Source: Antechinus flavipes (taxonomy: Eukaryota). Taken from it: 64,000 nucleotides of DNA. Every line of letters begins with the position of its first letter. The stretch's first letter is position 1. Shown piece by piece: positions 38,690-52,560 of this stretch. The position numbers and the translations under genes were made by a program. The stretch is from NCBI RefSeq assembly GCF_016432865.1, contig NC_067399.1:214706001-214770000 (forward strand), read 5' to 3'. The notes below the pieces were generated by a model. The model saw nothing but the letters and a program-made list of their open reading frames with translations, was not told the DNA's origin and searched no databases.

Positions 38690-38830
38690 ATACTAGCCTG
38701 GGAGCTGTGGTTTTAGCTTTGATTCTACCACTGATCCATCATCCCTGTGACCTTAGGCAAATCACTTCATCTCTTTTGGACTCTGTTTCCTCAGTTGTAA
38801 AATGGGGGGGGGATAGACTCTCAGTGGTCT
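38690..38830 (+). mobile_element. MIR SINE just upstream of the 162-nt exon
   Basis: 'ctgtgaccttaggcaaatcacttcatctcttttggactctgtttcctcagttgtaaaatgg'. Confidence 0.85.
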
Positions 38831-38866
38831 CTACAGTAAGTTCGTTACAGCTATTTGGTTCTGTGA

Positions 38867-39109
<243 letters not shown>

Positions 39110-40089
39110 TAATTTTTAACCTCATTAAAAATATAGAAAATATAAATATTTTCCTTCTTTTTCTTCCTTTACCCTCTGCTGAGTTCTACCTCTGCCCAAC
39201 AGTGGAGAAGTAAAAATCAAGCTGATCTCTTTGTTGATAACAAATTGCAAAAGATTATGTTGCCCAGGGAATTATGCATAAAGTATGCGTTTTTTGAATT
39301 TTAGTCTCTTTTAGCAGTCTGGTGAAATCTCTGGTGGATCTATTTTCAAAATAATGTTTGTTACCCATATTCATAATTGGAGAAAATATTAAATCTCACT
39401 TAGATATTAATGAAAATAAAGATGTAATTATTTTTTTTCCATCTAATTTCAACAATCTTCTGAAATCTATCCAAAAGATCCTTTATTTTTTTCATTTTTT
39501 TCATTTTTTTTTCTGCTTACAGGTTTTTTTTTTTTTTTTCTGTCCATTAGATTGTGTATTGCAATCCCAGCTATTCTTTTATCTATCTGGGCCTATCCAG
39601 TGTCAGGGATCAGTGTCCCTGAAGGAAGGAAGCACACAGTGAGCCTGAAGTCCTTGCTTTTGGAATCAACTTGAGCTTAGAAGCTCTTAACATCATATTA
39701 ATGCTATTATTGCCATAGGATGGCCTGACAGTGCAATTTCATACTACCTTCAAGGTACCTGTTTAGCATAGGAGGAAAAAGACAAAAGACCAAAAAAGAC
39801 TGCAACTAGAATAGGGATATATGTCATCTTATATCTAGGAAGTCGTACTGAGCTAGGGAGAAGTTGAGAGAGAGAGACAGACAGACAAACAGACATGGTC
39901 AAAGAGATGACAGTCAATGTATAACCACCCTTGGCCTTTGACTTGTAGTCCCCAAAGACTCTATCTAGTATCACTGAGCTCCTAGTGGTTACAGCTTACA
40001 CTTCCCTCCAGTAATTTCTGCTCTAAACCTCTTAGTTGTACCTGTCTCTGCCAACAGGTAGCTTTTGTTGCCTCCTGATTAGGCAGTAC

Positions 40090-40680
40090 TTTGCCAGTCA
40101 ATAAATCAACAAGCATTTATTCAGCATTTACTCTGGGCTGGGCATTCTGTGAAATTCTGGGAATATAAAGAAGGCAAAAACCGCACTTGCCCTCAGGGAG
40201 CACAGAGTACAATGGGGGGTGTAAATGTAAATATGCACATGACTGGGGACATGGGGAAGCTAATCTCAGAAAGAAGACACCAACAATTGGAGCTCAGGGA
40301 AGGGAGGGACCGGCCTGGGAAAGGCCTTCTCCCAGATGGAAGTGAGGAGAGAGAGAATTCCATGCCGGCGGAATCGCCAGCACAAACAGGGAAAGGATAT
40401 GAAGAACTGCGTGTGAGGAACAGCTCTTGTAGGGGAGATTCTGGAAGTGCTGGGGAGCCCACCGGGTTTACTGAATCTGGGGGGGGGGAGAGGGAGGGAG
40501 GTAGGGAACAGGCACAACTCTGCCTAAGAAAATCACTTTGGCAGCTGAGGCAGATAGAGGGAGGCAGGGAGGCAGGGAAGCCAACTAGAAGTCTGGGAGA
40601 GAAGTTTGTGTGAGAGCTGTATAAACAGAAAAGAGGTATACTAGAGGTGTGAACGGAGGAGCATCAAGATCTGACAGTGG
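40090..40680 (-). mobile_element. L2 LINE 3' fragment
   Basis: 'tcaataaatcaacaagcatttattcagcatttact...gggcattctgtg' (L2 tail, reverse) and downstream L2 phrases. Confidence 0.7.
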
Positions 40681-42311
40681 GTTGCATGTGTAAGTGCCAA
40701 GTCCGTGAACAGTAATGGAGAAATCTGGAAGAGTGGAAGGGTTGGGATCACAGGTAATGAGTTCTATTTCAGAAGAAAAATTGGACTCAGCCTCCAAAAT
40801 TAACTGGCTCTGGGTTCTAGCAGGCTGTTATCAAGTGTTTGCTGAAGACTCTAGAACTAAACTAAGTCCGCCAAGTGCACTGCTCTGTCACGTTCCTGTA
40901 TTCTATTTAATAGACTCTTCTGAGGCTGTCCTGATTGCCCAGGACCCCTTTACACCCTCTGCTCAGCTGTTTGCCCCTCTAGCACCCCCATACTGTGGCT
41001 CACCATTTCTACTGACTGCTTAACCGACTTTCCTCCTGCTGAATTTCCTTGCCAAACTCTGTGATTTTCTGCCTTTATGCCAGCTCTCCCTCTTCCTAGC
41101 TGCCTGAATTGACTAGAGACCCTACAGCCCATTCCAAGGATGGACCAGGGTCATTTCCCCAAGAATGAGAGGGAATTGAGTGAGGTGTCACGAAGTTTTC
41201 CGACCTACTCTGAGGAAGGGGAGATACAAGGGGGCAAGTGGGGAAGGGGCAGAATCTGAGTCTGAAGGTCAGGAAGATGGTGGGGGCTGTCCGCAGAGGA
41301 GCAGGGTAGAGGTTTGGAATATTAGGAATATTTGGAATATGACCCTTTGCCAGAAGAAGCTGCTTCTTTTACTAGCCAACAGGAAAGAGATAATCCTATA
41401 TGTGTTCATGCAAACAGACATCTGGAGGACCCTATCTTTTTGCCTCCTTCAAACTTGATAAGATCTTATTTTATTTCACTCAAAAGTCCTCCTTTGGCAC
41501 TCCCTTTAACATGAATAGGCAGCACAGTGTGTGAGCCATTACTGAACCTGTCGCAGAGAAGGAGGAGAAAGGAAGGGAAAAGCGGCCCCAATTTTATCTT
41601 TTATGAGAGAGGAAGGAACATTTTTGGAGAGGGAAACAACTTTATGCATCTTAGCATTCCTGTTGAAGAGAGAGTGCCAATTCCCTGTGGTGGCCAGTCC
41701 TTAGGGGGCAAGAGATTCAGGAGGTTTTCTTAATAGAGCAGACAGTAAAGTACATTTTAAAATCTATAAGTGAAAATTCTTTAACACAAGATATTTTTGA
41801 CTGCAAAGCATTTACTGATGCTTTCTAGCTTGCTGGTATTGATGGGAACAAAGGTTGTGCTACCCACAACGAAGGAATGAATGAACAGATTCAGAGTAAA
41901 GAAAGGCTATGATGTTTCATGTAGACTGAATGAGCATGACTCCACTCACTTCAAAACTTCCTAGCACAGCAGAGGAGCTTGGAATGCGGGCTTGCTAATT
42001 AAATACTGTCCTTTGAACAGCACAGGCGTGGAGGGCAGATTCTGTTAGCAGAGTATAGTGCTGACTCTTCCTTTTTGGGAGCAGGATTCACCAGCAGCAA
42101 ACCAGGTTTGACTTTGCTCTGAAATATGAGCGTGCCTGTGGCTGAGTTTCTGTGGCCAGTAAAGGCAATATGGGTTCATCAGGTTGAGCTGGTCAGGGCC
42201 TCTAAGAATCATGGTAATGTTCCTCTAACTCCAGACAAACTGGAGAATTCAGCTTTGACTCATGATATCCTGAATTTGACTCACTGGCTCACAATGTCAG
42301 TATTAGAAATG

Positions 42312-42375
42312 GTTATCCCTTTTACAAATGTCCCTGAATGAAAGCAGAACTGTGAAATTCTATAGTACCACCTCA
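42312..42375 (+). repeat. 64-bp direct duplicate, copy 1
   Basis: 62/64 identical to 43538-43601. Confidence 0.95.
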
Positions 42376-43537
42376 TTTAGTTTTTGTCTTTATATCTCTA
42401 GCACCAGAGTGCCCAGAACATAGTAAACTTCATAAATGCTTGTTGAATTAAATTGAATTACGACATCAGCTCTTTCTCACTGCATATTTATAGAAAATTC
42501 CTGACAGCAAAGATCAGTTTTCTAGTGGTTTTGAGATCAATTCCCTCTCCCTGCCTTATCTTCTTTCTAGGAAAATCTGTTGGTATAGATAGGAATATTC
42601 TTAACTGCACTACTTTCAGAAGGAAAGACAAGTACCTGCCTGTGAAACTTCCTCTTTCCTCCATTCTCTCACCTTGATTCTAGGTTCTTTGGTTGCCACT
42701 TGGAGAAAAACTTACTAGGGAGTTCATCTGGTTAAGAGAATTCACCTTTCTGCCTTTTCCTACAGAACCAGAAAGGGAGAATCTCCCCAAATATATACAT
42801 CACTTTGAAGAGACCACCTTACAGCTTTGCCTAAAAATCTTGTTCAGTTCTGTCCCACTTTGTAGAATGGATGTACAAGCACTTTAGCCAAAAACTCTTT
42901 GCAGTAAGCATTTTATTAATTATTTTTTAAGTCAGCAAAGGTCTAAAGCCAATTCTAATCTACTTTACAGAAAATAAGTGTTTGGAAAGTGCTGATGGAG
43001 TTCAGTCTTCAAAGTGACTGCCAGATTCTGACATCAAAGGCCTTCTATGCTTGTGAAATGTGAACAAGATTGGGGGGGGGGGGGAAGGACAGGAGTGGTG
43101 ATGTGTTAGGGTTGAGTTTTTTTTAAAAACTTGAATTTGTTTTTAACTTGAAAGTAACAATTGTCAGTGCTTTGCAAATCTTGGAAACCAACTTAGGAGT
43201 TGGTGTCAATTAAAGTCCTACTCTGATGCTTCCTCATAGTGGGAAGATAAATATTAGATTCTCAAATTATGATGAAAAGATAACTCTATGGTTCTCAAAG
43301 ACTGTGCTGGTAGAATTCATACAGACTGGAAAGACTTCATGAATATGATTAATGGGAATAGCCTAATTTCCAGAATCTTATTACCAGGTTGGTCATAGGG
43401 TGAGATAAACTGTTTAGATACAATGATTCTCAAAGTCCATATGTTACGATGTAGAGGGGCTGCCTTCTTCGTCAGATAAGGTTATAGCCACACTGATGAA
43501 TTTCTGATTTTAAATAAAAAGTATGAATTTTTAAAAA

Positions 43538-43601
43538 GTTATCCCTTTTACAAATGTCCCTGAATGTAAGCAGAACTGTGGAATTCTATAGTACCACCTC
43601 A
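43538..43601 (+). repeat. 64-bp direct duplicate, copy 2
   Basis: 62/64 identical to 42312-42375. Confidence 0.95.
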
Positions 43602-43895
43602 AAGAGTTTTCTCCACCAGTCATGTGCCCTGGAACTATTGATTATTATCTCAGTTTCCTCATCTGTAAAATGACCTGGAGAAGAAAATGACAAATCACTC
43701 CAGTAACTTTGCCAAGAAAATCCCAAACTAGCGTTATGAAGATTTGAAAAACAGCAACAACAGCAAAAGACTCTAAGCCCAGAATCTTCAGTTTTCTTCT
43801 AAACCTCCTTCATTCTCTTTTTCATACATCTATGTACTTGTGAGTGATAAATGCAAAGTTATCTAATCCTTTTTTCCCTTTATTCAATCTTTTAG

Positions 43896-43937
43896 AATAC
43901 TAACTTGACCACTCAAGAGCATGAAAACATCATTGTG
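43896..43937 (+). CDS. CMIP: CMIP coding exon (about exon 5), NTNLTTQEHENIIV
   Basis: caatcttttag|AATACTAAC...ATTGTG|gtaagt; 42 nt, phase 0-0. Confidence 0.95.
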
Positions 43938-45116
43938 GTAAGTATTTTCTCTGTCTCCCTTGGGCCTTGGAGAGCATTGGGGGCCCCCTTGTCAGTAGTG
44001 TAAAAGTGCATTTCATTCTGGTTTATTTGCTTCCTTGTGGAAGAATTTTCCCCACCTTCATTGGAACACACTTGAGTACCCTTGGTTTCTTCCTGAGTCT
44101 GATTTAAGGTCCCAGAGATTCTGGCGGATGCATGTAGATTAGCCTTTCAGAGGTAGAGCAGGGCGGGGAAGGAGGCGGCAAGGATGATAGCACCGGTTCA
44201 GTCACGAGTAAAGCAGCCTAGAGAAAAGCTTTTTCTTTCTAGGAGGATCAGTCAGCCAAAGGATTTTAATTGATCCATAAATAGAACCTAGACTTAATTG
44301 ATGCTGGTTTCTGGAGTAAAGTAATAATTTCTAGTACTTTACTATGAACTTAGAGCCTGGTTCTTCATGGTTTTCTAGCTCGTTCCCGGGATGCCGTAGT
44401 CAGATCTCTTTCTGGGCCATTTTAGATGTGAGATGAGCCTCCCATCAGGCGTGTGAATTGCCCCAAATCCCTAGCACGCCGGTATCAGGAAGCCAGCAAG
44501 AGCCCATTACGCTCTCAGAAGGCGTTGTGTGCCTGCTCATTCTCAGCTTTATCTCTTGGCAATGGCCTTGACAAACGGAACCCAGCCCCAGAGCCAGGGC
44601 TCCGGCATCGCTGCCGCAGTGCTTAGGAGCGGGGCTGGGGCCTTGGAGGCCTCACACCCTCGGGCCTCCCTGTGGCCTGCCTGCCCTTCCTCAGGGCCTT
44701 CCCCAGGGTAACTAGGAGAAATAGGTGTTAGGAATCTCTAGGGCTCCTTTCGCTTTTGCCCATTTGACTTGGTGGATCAGGCGGATCGGGAGCAATGGAT
44801 TTTGAGTCAGAAGATTTCAGATCCTGGCCCTGCCCTTCACAAGCTTCTGTGGGTTTCAGGTTTCCCAGCTGTAGAATGGCAGGGTCAGACCACCCTACTT
44901 CTAAATCTTCTGACCTCGCATGTTTCCAAAGCTAGAAGTGGGCTGTGGCACACGGCCCGGACTCCTTCCAGACAACTCTGATCACTTAGTTTGATCCAGT
45001 CCACAGGCCTCAGCTGAGGCCATGTTGGGCATTATCACCAGAGACTGCAGCAGAAAATCAATAGCCATATCAGCAGGCCCAATTCCTCCCTTTGTTTGCA
45101 GTGCTGGCTGCCTGGG

Positions 45117-45129
45117 GTTGCCTAGCAAC
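45117..45129. promoter_or_regulatory. RFX X-box motif
   Basis: GTTGCCTAGCAAC, both half-sites present, followed by AG. Confidence 0.55.
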
Positions 45130-47379
45130 AGAGAAGGAAAGGGACTTGAACTTTAAGGAAAGTTAGGCACTTGATAGAATCGTGAATAAATAAACTGGAA
45201 AGGACCTGAAGGCAATACGCCTCTCTCCCGCCCTTTATTTTACTGAGGAGGAGAGTGATTTATTAACACATAAAGAGTATAGCCCAGAATTGAACCCTGG
45301 TTTCCTGATTCCCTGTACAAGGTGTTTTCCTCTTTAGCATATGTTTTATGTTATTCGTCGGTGTAAGGAAAAAACTATAAAGATTCCTCCTAAGTAAGGC
45401 CGGTTTTAAAGACTGAAAATGAGCTCAGGCTCTCTCTAATTATTGACCCTGTGATGGTCATTTTTCTATCTTTCTCTACCTAAGCTTATACAAAAATATT
45501 ATGTAGTTATTGACTCTCAAAGAAATTATGTCCATAGATTATTGGTGCTATAGAAAATGATGAGAGGCTCTGTTCCTGTAGTCATTCAGAAATCTTCTCA
45601 AACCCTTTGTGGTACAATCTAAAGGCTCCAGCATTTAAGAGGTGTGTTTTAGACTTGTCATTTCATTTGATTTAATTGCATCTTTTATCTAATAGCAATG
45701 ATAAAGTAAAGGAAAATGAGAATGAAGAGTAGCCCTAATTTGAAAGGCAACATTATGGAAAGATCCTGACCAATTTTTCATTTGCATCTATTTTTGGTAT
45801 TTGAAATTCACAAGGATCATAAGACCAAAAGTTTAGAGCTAGAAAGGTTCTTTTTAGATCAAGTCCAACCCTCTGATTTTATTGATGGGGAAATTAAGGC
45901 CCAGGATGATATTACATGAAACTTGTCAAAGATCATACAGTTTGGTAAGTAATAAAAACCAGGATTCCAGCCCGGATCCTCAAAATGCAGGATTCTTTTT
46001 GTTGGCGCACAATGCCCCCACATGATAATACGCTGTGTAGGATTTAATAGAATAATGTATAATGGAAAGACCTTTATGAGAACTGGCTGAGACCCTTGGT
46101 TTCACAACTAATTATCTATGTGGTCTTGAACAAGCCAGTTCATTTGAATAAGTTTCTGAAATAGAGATGATCTGTGAAATGATGATGACTCCTAACCTCT
46201 CTCCTTCACAAGATTGTGATGAGAATCCAGAAAGGGGCAGTACCTTTATAGGTGCTCTTTTTAAGTCCCTCACAGATATAAAGTATTATTGTTATAGGAG
46301 ACTTTGTTATATTGAGATTATTCCCTTGATGTCTGCAAGTGGTCCCCCTTCCCCTCCATTATCCATAGAGCCTAAAGTAAAGCAAGTTTTTATCTCTAGA
46401 TGATTATCTAACCTGAAAGCTTTGAGCACTCACCTCTCCTCCCTCACATTGTTTTTACTGGCACAGGTCTCATTTTGGCAAGGTGTCATATAATAAAGAA
46501 AATTCATAATGTAAAGCTTTCTCACAAGCATCTTCCTAACAATTAGTGTTATTTAAAAAAAGAGAAATGATATCATCACTGGATCCTATGTGAAGTAGAT
46601 AGACTAAGTATTATTATCTTTATTTTGCAGGTGAATAAATTGAGAATTGGAGAGTTATTGGCTATTGAAAATGTTAGTGCTAGAAGAGATTTAGAGATCA
46701 TTAAATCTCTTCTTTAAAAAGATAAGGAAACTGAGGCATTTTGGTATTGATAAACAGTTGGTACACAATTACCATAGCTAAAGATGTCCACCTGGATACA
46801 ATGTCTTTTTCTTTTCAACCCCAAAGTGCTTTGTTCCTTTCTTAAGATACTTTATCTTATAAGCTATATACCTGTTTTATTTCTTCTAACTAAGTACAAG
46901 TTCTTTGAGGGTAGAGACTGCCTTATTCGGCTTTGTATTTCTTACAGCACTTACCATTTAGTCAATTAAAAATATTTATTAAGTATTTATGGTATGCTAG
47001 CTCCTGTGCTAAACACCACAGATATGACAAAAAGATAAAAGACAGTCTCTATTTCTAAAGAGCTCACAACCTAATGATATTCTCATACCAAATATCAAAG
47101 TTTCAAATATTTGTTAAATTTTAATCAATCAATCCAAATAAAATCCCATTAAAATAAGCTTTTTAAAAAGAGGAATGAGCTTCTTTGGAATACAGTGAGT
47201 TTCTGTCACTGAAGGTATTGAATTAGGGTCTAGAAGGAGAGTTCAAGGATATTTTTAAGGAGATCACTGTTTTGGTAGAGGTTGGACCAGATGACTTTAA
47301 TGATCTCATCCAACTCTGAGATTCCTTGATACTGTGATTTATTGGCACATTATAGATTATTTAGTATAATACAGATTCA

Positions 47380-47764
47380 TCCAATGCTTTCTTTTTTTTT
47401 TAATGTTGAGCTGAAATCTGCCTCTGGAGCTTCTATCTACTCATTACTCCTAGTTTTGCCCCCTGGGTTCAAGCAGAATATAACTAATACTCCTTCCACA
47501 AGTTATCTCTTTGTATATTTAAAGATTTTGATCATGTCCCCTCCATGTACTGTCTTCTCCAGGTTGCACAGCCCTAGTTTCCTCAAATAGCTCTCTTACC
47601 AAATATATTACCTTCTTGTAAATATGTTATAACTTGCTAACTTTCCTTTTAAAATAAAATACCCAGAGCTGAATAATATACTCCAAATGTAGTTGGGAGA
47701 ATACACTAGTACTATTATTTTTTCCCTTCTGAACATTTCCACTCTTTCAGTGCAGTCCAAGATT
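47380..47764 (-). mobile_element. L3/CR1 fragment running into the gap
   Basis: 'gttgagctgaaatctgcctct', 'cttctccaggttgcacagccctagtttcc', 'cccagagctgaataatatactccaaatg' (reverse of the EYCVQFW relic). Confidence 0.7.
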
Positions 47765-48041
47765 NNNNNNNNNNNNNNNNNNNNNNNNNNNNNNNNNNNN
47801 NNNNNNNNNNNNNNNNNNNNNNNNNNNNNNNNNNNNNNNNNNNNNNNNNNNNNNNNNNNNNNNNNNNNNNNNNNNNNNNNNNNNNNNNNNNNNNNNNNNN
47901 NNNNNNNNNNNNNNNNNNNNNNNNNNNNNNNNNNNNNNNNNNNNNNNNNNNNNNNNNNNNNNNNNNNNNNNNNNNNNNNNNNNNNNNNNNNNNNNNNNNN
48001 NNNNNNNNNNNNNNNNNNNNNNNNNNNNNNNNNNNNNNNNN
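47765..48041. other. Assembly gap (277 N)
   Basis: Run of N. Confidence 0.99.
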
Positions 48042-48376
48042 TGTGGGGGGTTGTTTGGTAGTGAGGTTGTAGCTATGTTATATTGTTGATGCATATGGAG
48101 TAACTCCCAGCTCTTCTTTCTTTGAACTATTTTATCTCCTCTAAATCCCTCACATACAAATATGGTTCTTAAAGTACTTAATATATCCATTCTTTCATTT
48201 AGCTTCTTATCACATTATTGTGAGGAGAAAAGGGCAGGTATTATCACCTCCATTTCACAAATGAAAATCTTTAGGTTGAGAGACATTAAATAATTTGATC
48301 AAGATCATACAAATTGTTAACAGTAGAACTTATACTAGAATCCCAGTCTCCAAATCCTCAGTTCTGTGCTCTAAGA

Positions 48377-48555
48377 TAGTGATGTCAGATTCTCTCTAAT
48401 GGACCACATTTGGACTTAGAAAAGCATAGATTAACATTATATTTTATTATATTTTTATTTGTTTAGTTAAACTTTTCCTCATTACATTTTAATCTTGTTG
48501 GGCTACATTTAGGCCCTCTTCCTTCCCCCCCTACTAATCAAGTTTGACATCTTTA
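48377..48555. mobile_element. hAT-type MITE
   Basis: TIRs tagtgatgtcaga / tttgacatcttta (10/13); 8-bp TSD ctctaaga (48369-48376) / ctttaaga (48556-48563), 7/8. Confidence 0.75.
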
Positions 48556-48692
48556 CTTTAAGATAACTCTGTGATAATCAGCTCTGTGCCTCAAAATGAA
48601 GGGACAGGGTTCCTTTTTCCACTCCTCTCTTGCCAGGGGGACCATATTTTTTCCTCAGAAGAAAACTACTGCTGTAAATACATTCCTATTGA

Positions 48693-48965
<273 letters not shown>

Positions 48966-49952
48966 TGAGTGAATGAATGAGTCCTCAGTGATTACCATTA
49001 CCTGTCCATTACACAGACTCAGAGACATAAATCCAAGCAGAGTAACCAGTGTTATGTTTGGCTTTGGACTCCATTACATATCTATTGTGAGATAGGAGAG
49101 AGATCTTTTGGCAGGCAGACCTCCCTTCTGTGTGAAATCGGGTGCCAGTTATTTATAAAGGGAATTTGCCATCCCTGAGTGCAAACTTGCCTGAACTTAT
49201 AAGCGCCAGACTTCAGGGGAAACTTAAATGTTTTCTACGGATAATCCACATACGGATAAGCAAAAGTTGAGGTGGGTTGGGAACTCATAGTGGGCTAGAC
49301 ACTATGTGTCACTTAGCAAAATGCACTTCCTCTTCCATGCATGAAAGTCTGGCCTTGAAACCCTAGTGAGGTGGCCCTTAAGAAATCCCAGAACAGATAG
49401 TAGGAGGACATTGTGGCAACCAAAGTATTGCTATAGGTAAAGGATTTGTGGTTTCCTTGTGTTGGGGACAAAGTATAATATGGAGCTAGGGCAGAGTTGG
49501 GTGGGTGGGGATGAGGGGGTTTGTTCTTTTGCTTCATTATAGAAATGGACATTTTGAATGTTAAAGCAAGGTCATTTATTTATAGGTAAGTAAGCAGCTT
49601 CCAAGAAAGCATTTTTTAGATGGTGACTTTGGGTCTTCTGTCTCAATTGTCACAACTTTGCCTTTTTCATAAACAAGACTTTTTCTGCAGAAGCATGCAT
49701 AGTAATGTTACAGAGCACAGGAATAGCTAACAACACGAGCTTTTTTTGACACATGTTGTAATCTTACAGCCACTGTGTGTGTGTTATGCAGGACAACAAA
49801 AGTATCTGATTGTACTTATATATGTATGGATATGCCTGAGTATGTTTATGGCCACTTCCATTTTTGTCTTTGTTCATATGTATGCTTGTGCACCTTTCTA
49901 AGTACATGGAAACATGTTTCAAGATTTCTAGTTGCTTTTTATTGTACTAGTT

Positions 49953-50063
49953 CAAGAATCAATGAACTACAGCTAACTAAGGCCCAAATAGGGCCTGCCA
50001 TTTGGTTTTTTATGACCTGTGAGCTGAAAATGGCTTTTCTTTTTTTAAGTATTTCGACCCCTG
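49953..50063. mobile_element. hAT-Charlie (MER58-like) MITE, internally deleted
   Basis: 'aactacagc...ggcccaaatagggcctgcc...gacctgtgagctgaaaatgg' and terminus 'cgacccctg'; 8-bp TSD tactagtt/ctctagtt with central CTAG. Confidence 0.7.
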
Positions 50064-51016
50064 CTCTAGTTCCATAATTTAACTCAGACTGAAAACTTAA
50101 TAGTCTGGTAGTGTCAAAGGCAAACCTGGTATTTTTTGTAGATCAAGCCCTCAGTTGGGGTTAAAACCTTGGGGAGAAGGCAAGGACACTGCATTGACCC
50201 TTCCGTGATTGTGATACTGCAAAGCATGTAGCTTCTCGAGACTGCCTAGTCAGGCTTCCTTAAGAAAAGTCAGCTCTGCATTCATTTAATCTAAACTTAA
50301 ATTTGTGGTACTGTCTCTTACAAACCTGTAGAAGGGAACATACTACATATGAACCCCCTTCCCTTCTAATTTCTTCATTTCACATAAAAGGCAGACATTA
50401 AAATAGGAATTCAGTTCTGATATTTGGAAAGGATTCATTCCCAGCCATGGGTCTCCTCCCCCTCACCCCACCCCAGCTTTATGCATGGGGCGTGCTTCTT
50501 TGCCTTTTGATTCTCTCACTTTCTATGTTTCTCTCACTTTTCAAATAAGTCAAGAGAGAATTATGAGGGCATAGTCCCTTTTTCCCTTTTGGAGCTAGAA
50601 GTGGAATGAGGAGAAAATTTTGGGAAAGGAGTAGAGAAGAAAGACACACACACACAATCCTGCGTAAGAGCCCATCTGCCTCCTGAGATGAACATCACTT
50701 CCACCCAGCATGGTGGATTTTCCCCAGCCCATCCCCGCTGACCATTCATGGGAGAAGAATATTTACAGGGATTTTGAGGGTCTTAGTGGGTCTTTACAGT
50801 CAGCCACACCCCCCAGAGTCATATCCCCGCAGAAGGATAAATGACGCCCAGTGTCCTTCTCCAGGCTGCTTTCCCTGATCCAGAAGCTAAATTGGGGTTG
50901 GGGGGCGAGCACAGTGGTCTTCTTATTGTAATCCAACCCCTTCTGCATATCGACGACTTTCTCTTTCTCATGAGAACACAGGCACCGGGTTGCTCTTTAT
51001 TTCCCAGGGTTCTTAG

Positions 51017-51247
<231 letters not shown>

Positions 51248-51751
51248 TAGGCTTTAAAGAAAGCATCGTATTAACCTAGTTTGGGCAGCCATCTGAAAGC
51301 TGGTCACCTCTCCCAAGCAGAAGCGAAGCAGTGCTAGCACCGGCTTACCATATTCACTGAACCCTGCTCTGCAGTTGGTGGGTGACTAGATTGGCACTCT
51401 TTCTTTTGCAAAGACAGGATTCTTTCCTTTGAGATAGAAATTCCTTTAACTGGGGCAGTACGAGTATTGGGGGCTGTTAGATTGTTGTAGGAAGCAGGTG
51501 TATGCAGTGGGGATGGTGAACCTCCTGGGTAGATATCATTTCCAAAGGTCTCCTTTATACTCCTCCTGTATCCTTCATCCTGCTTTTTTTGTGTGATGGT
51601 GATAAGGAACAAGCAAAGGGATGGAAGAACAAAATGAATGAATCCAAGTATTATGTTTCTCTAATGGAAGTCATTTCTCCTAGCTAGGCTCACTCTTAGA
51701 TGTCACAGTTTTCCTGACCTCAATCCAACCTAAACTTGGATTCGTGGTTGG

Positions 51752-51752
<1 letters not shown>

Positions 51753-51795
<43 letters not shown>
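51753..51795. repeat. (CT)n microsatellite
   Basis: About 20 perfect CT units. Confidence 0.95.
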
Positions 51796-51798
<3 letters not shown>

Positions 51799-51959
51799 TA
51801 AAACTTATATAATTATATATTATAAACTCATAGACTTAGAACTAGAAGGAACCCGGCAGATTATACAGAACCACTTCTTAACTAATTCAGAAACTATGGC
51901 ACAAGTCCAAGAATTGCCCTCTCTTTATGCAATTCTGGGGAGAGGTAGCTCCCTGTCTT

Positions 51960-52560
51960 TTATTTTTTCTTGCTCTGTAAAGTAATTTCTTGGCAGTTTT
52001 ATTGGTATGATACTGAATAAGTAGATTAATTTAAGTAGAATTGTCATTTTTATTATATTAGCTCAGCCTATCCATGAGCACTTGATATTCTTCCAGTTGT
52101 TTAGACCCAGCTATTGTGTGGAAAATGTTTCGTAATTGTGTTCATATAGTTCTTGTCTTTGTTTTGGCAGGTATATTCCCAAATATATTCTCCATAATCA
52201 ATTTAGATTCAATTCACTTTCTGGACTTTGTTGGTAACATAGAGAAATGCTGATGATTTATATGGATTTATTTTGTATCCTGCAACTTTGCCAAAGTTGT
52301 TAATTATTTCTAGTAGTTTTTTAGTTGATTATCTAAGCTTCTCTAAGCATATCATCATATCATATGCAAAGAGTGATAATTTTGTTTCCTTATTACCTAC
52401 TCTAATAAGGATTTTTTTTCTTATTGCTAAAGCTAACATTTTTAATGCAGTATTGAATAGCAATGGTGAAAGTGGGCAGCCATGTTTCACCTCTGATATT
52501 ATTATTGGGAGTGCTTCTAGTTCATCCCTATTACATATGATGCTTGCTGAGGGTTTTAGA
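51960..52560 (-). mobile_element. L1 ORF2 reverse-transcriptase fragment
   Basis: ORF 52329-52598 contains KHGCPLSPLLFNTALKMLALAIR...KLSLFAYDMMICLEK, matching L1 RT RQGCPLSPLLFN...KLSLFADDM. Confidence 0.9.

Noticed and set aside
45006-45021. 16-bp perfect palindrome as a stand-alone finding
   Set aside because: About one is expected by chance per window (4^-8 x 63 kb). It is kept only as context within the 44-45 kb element.
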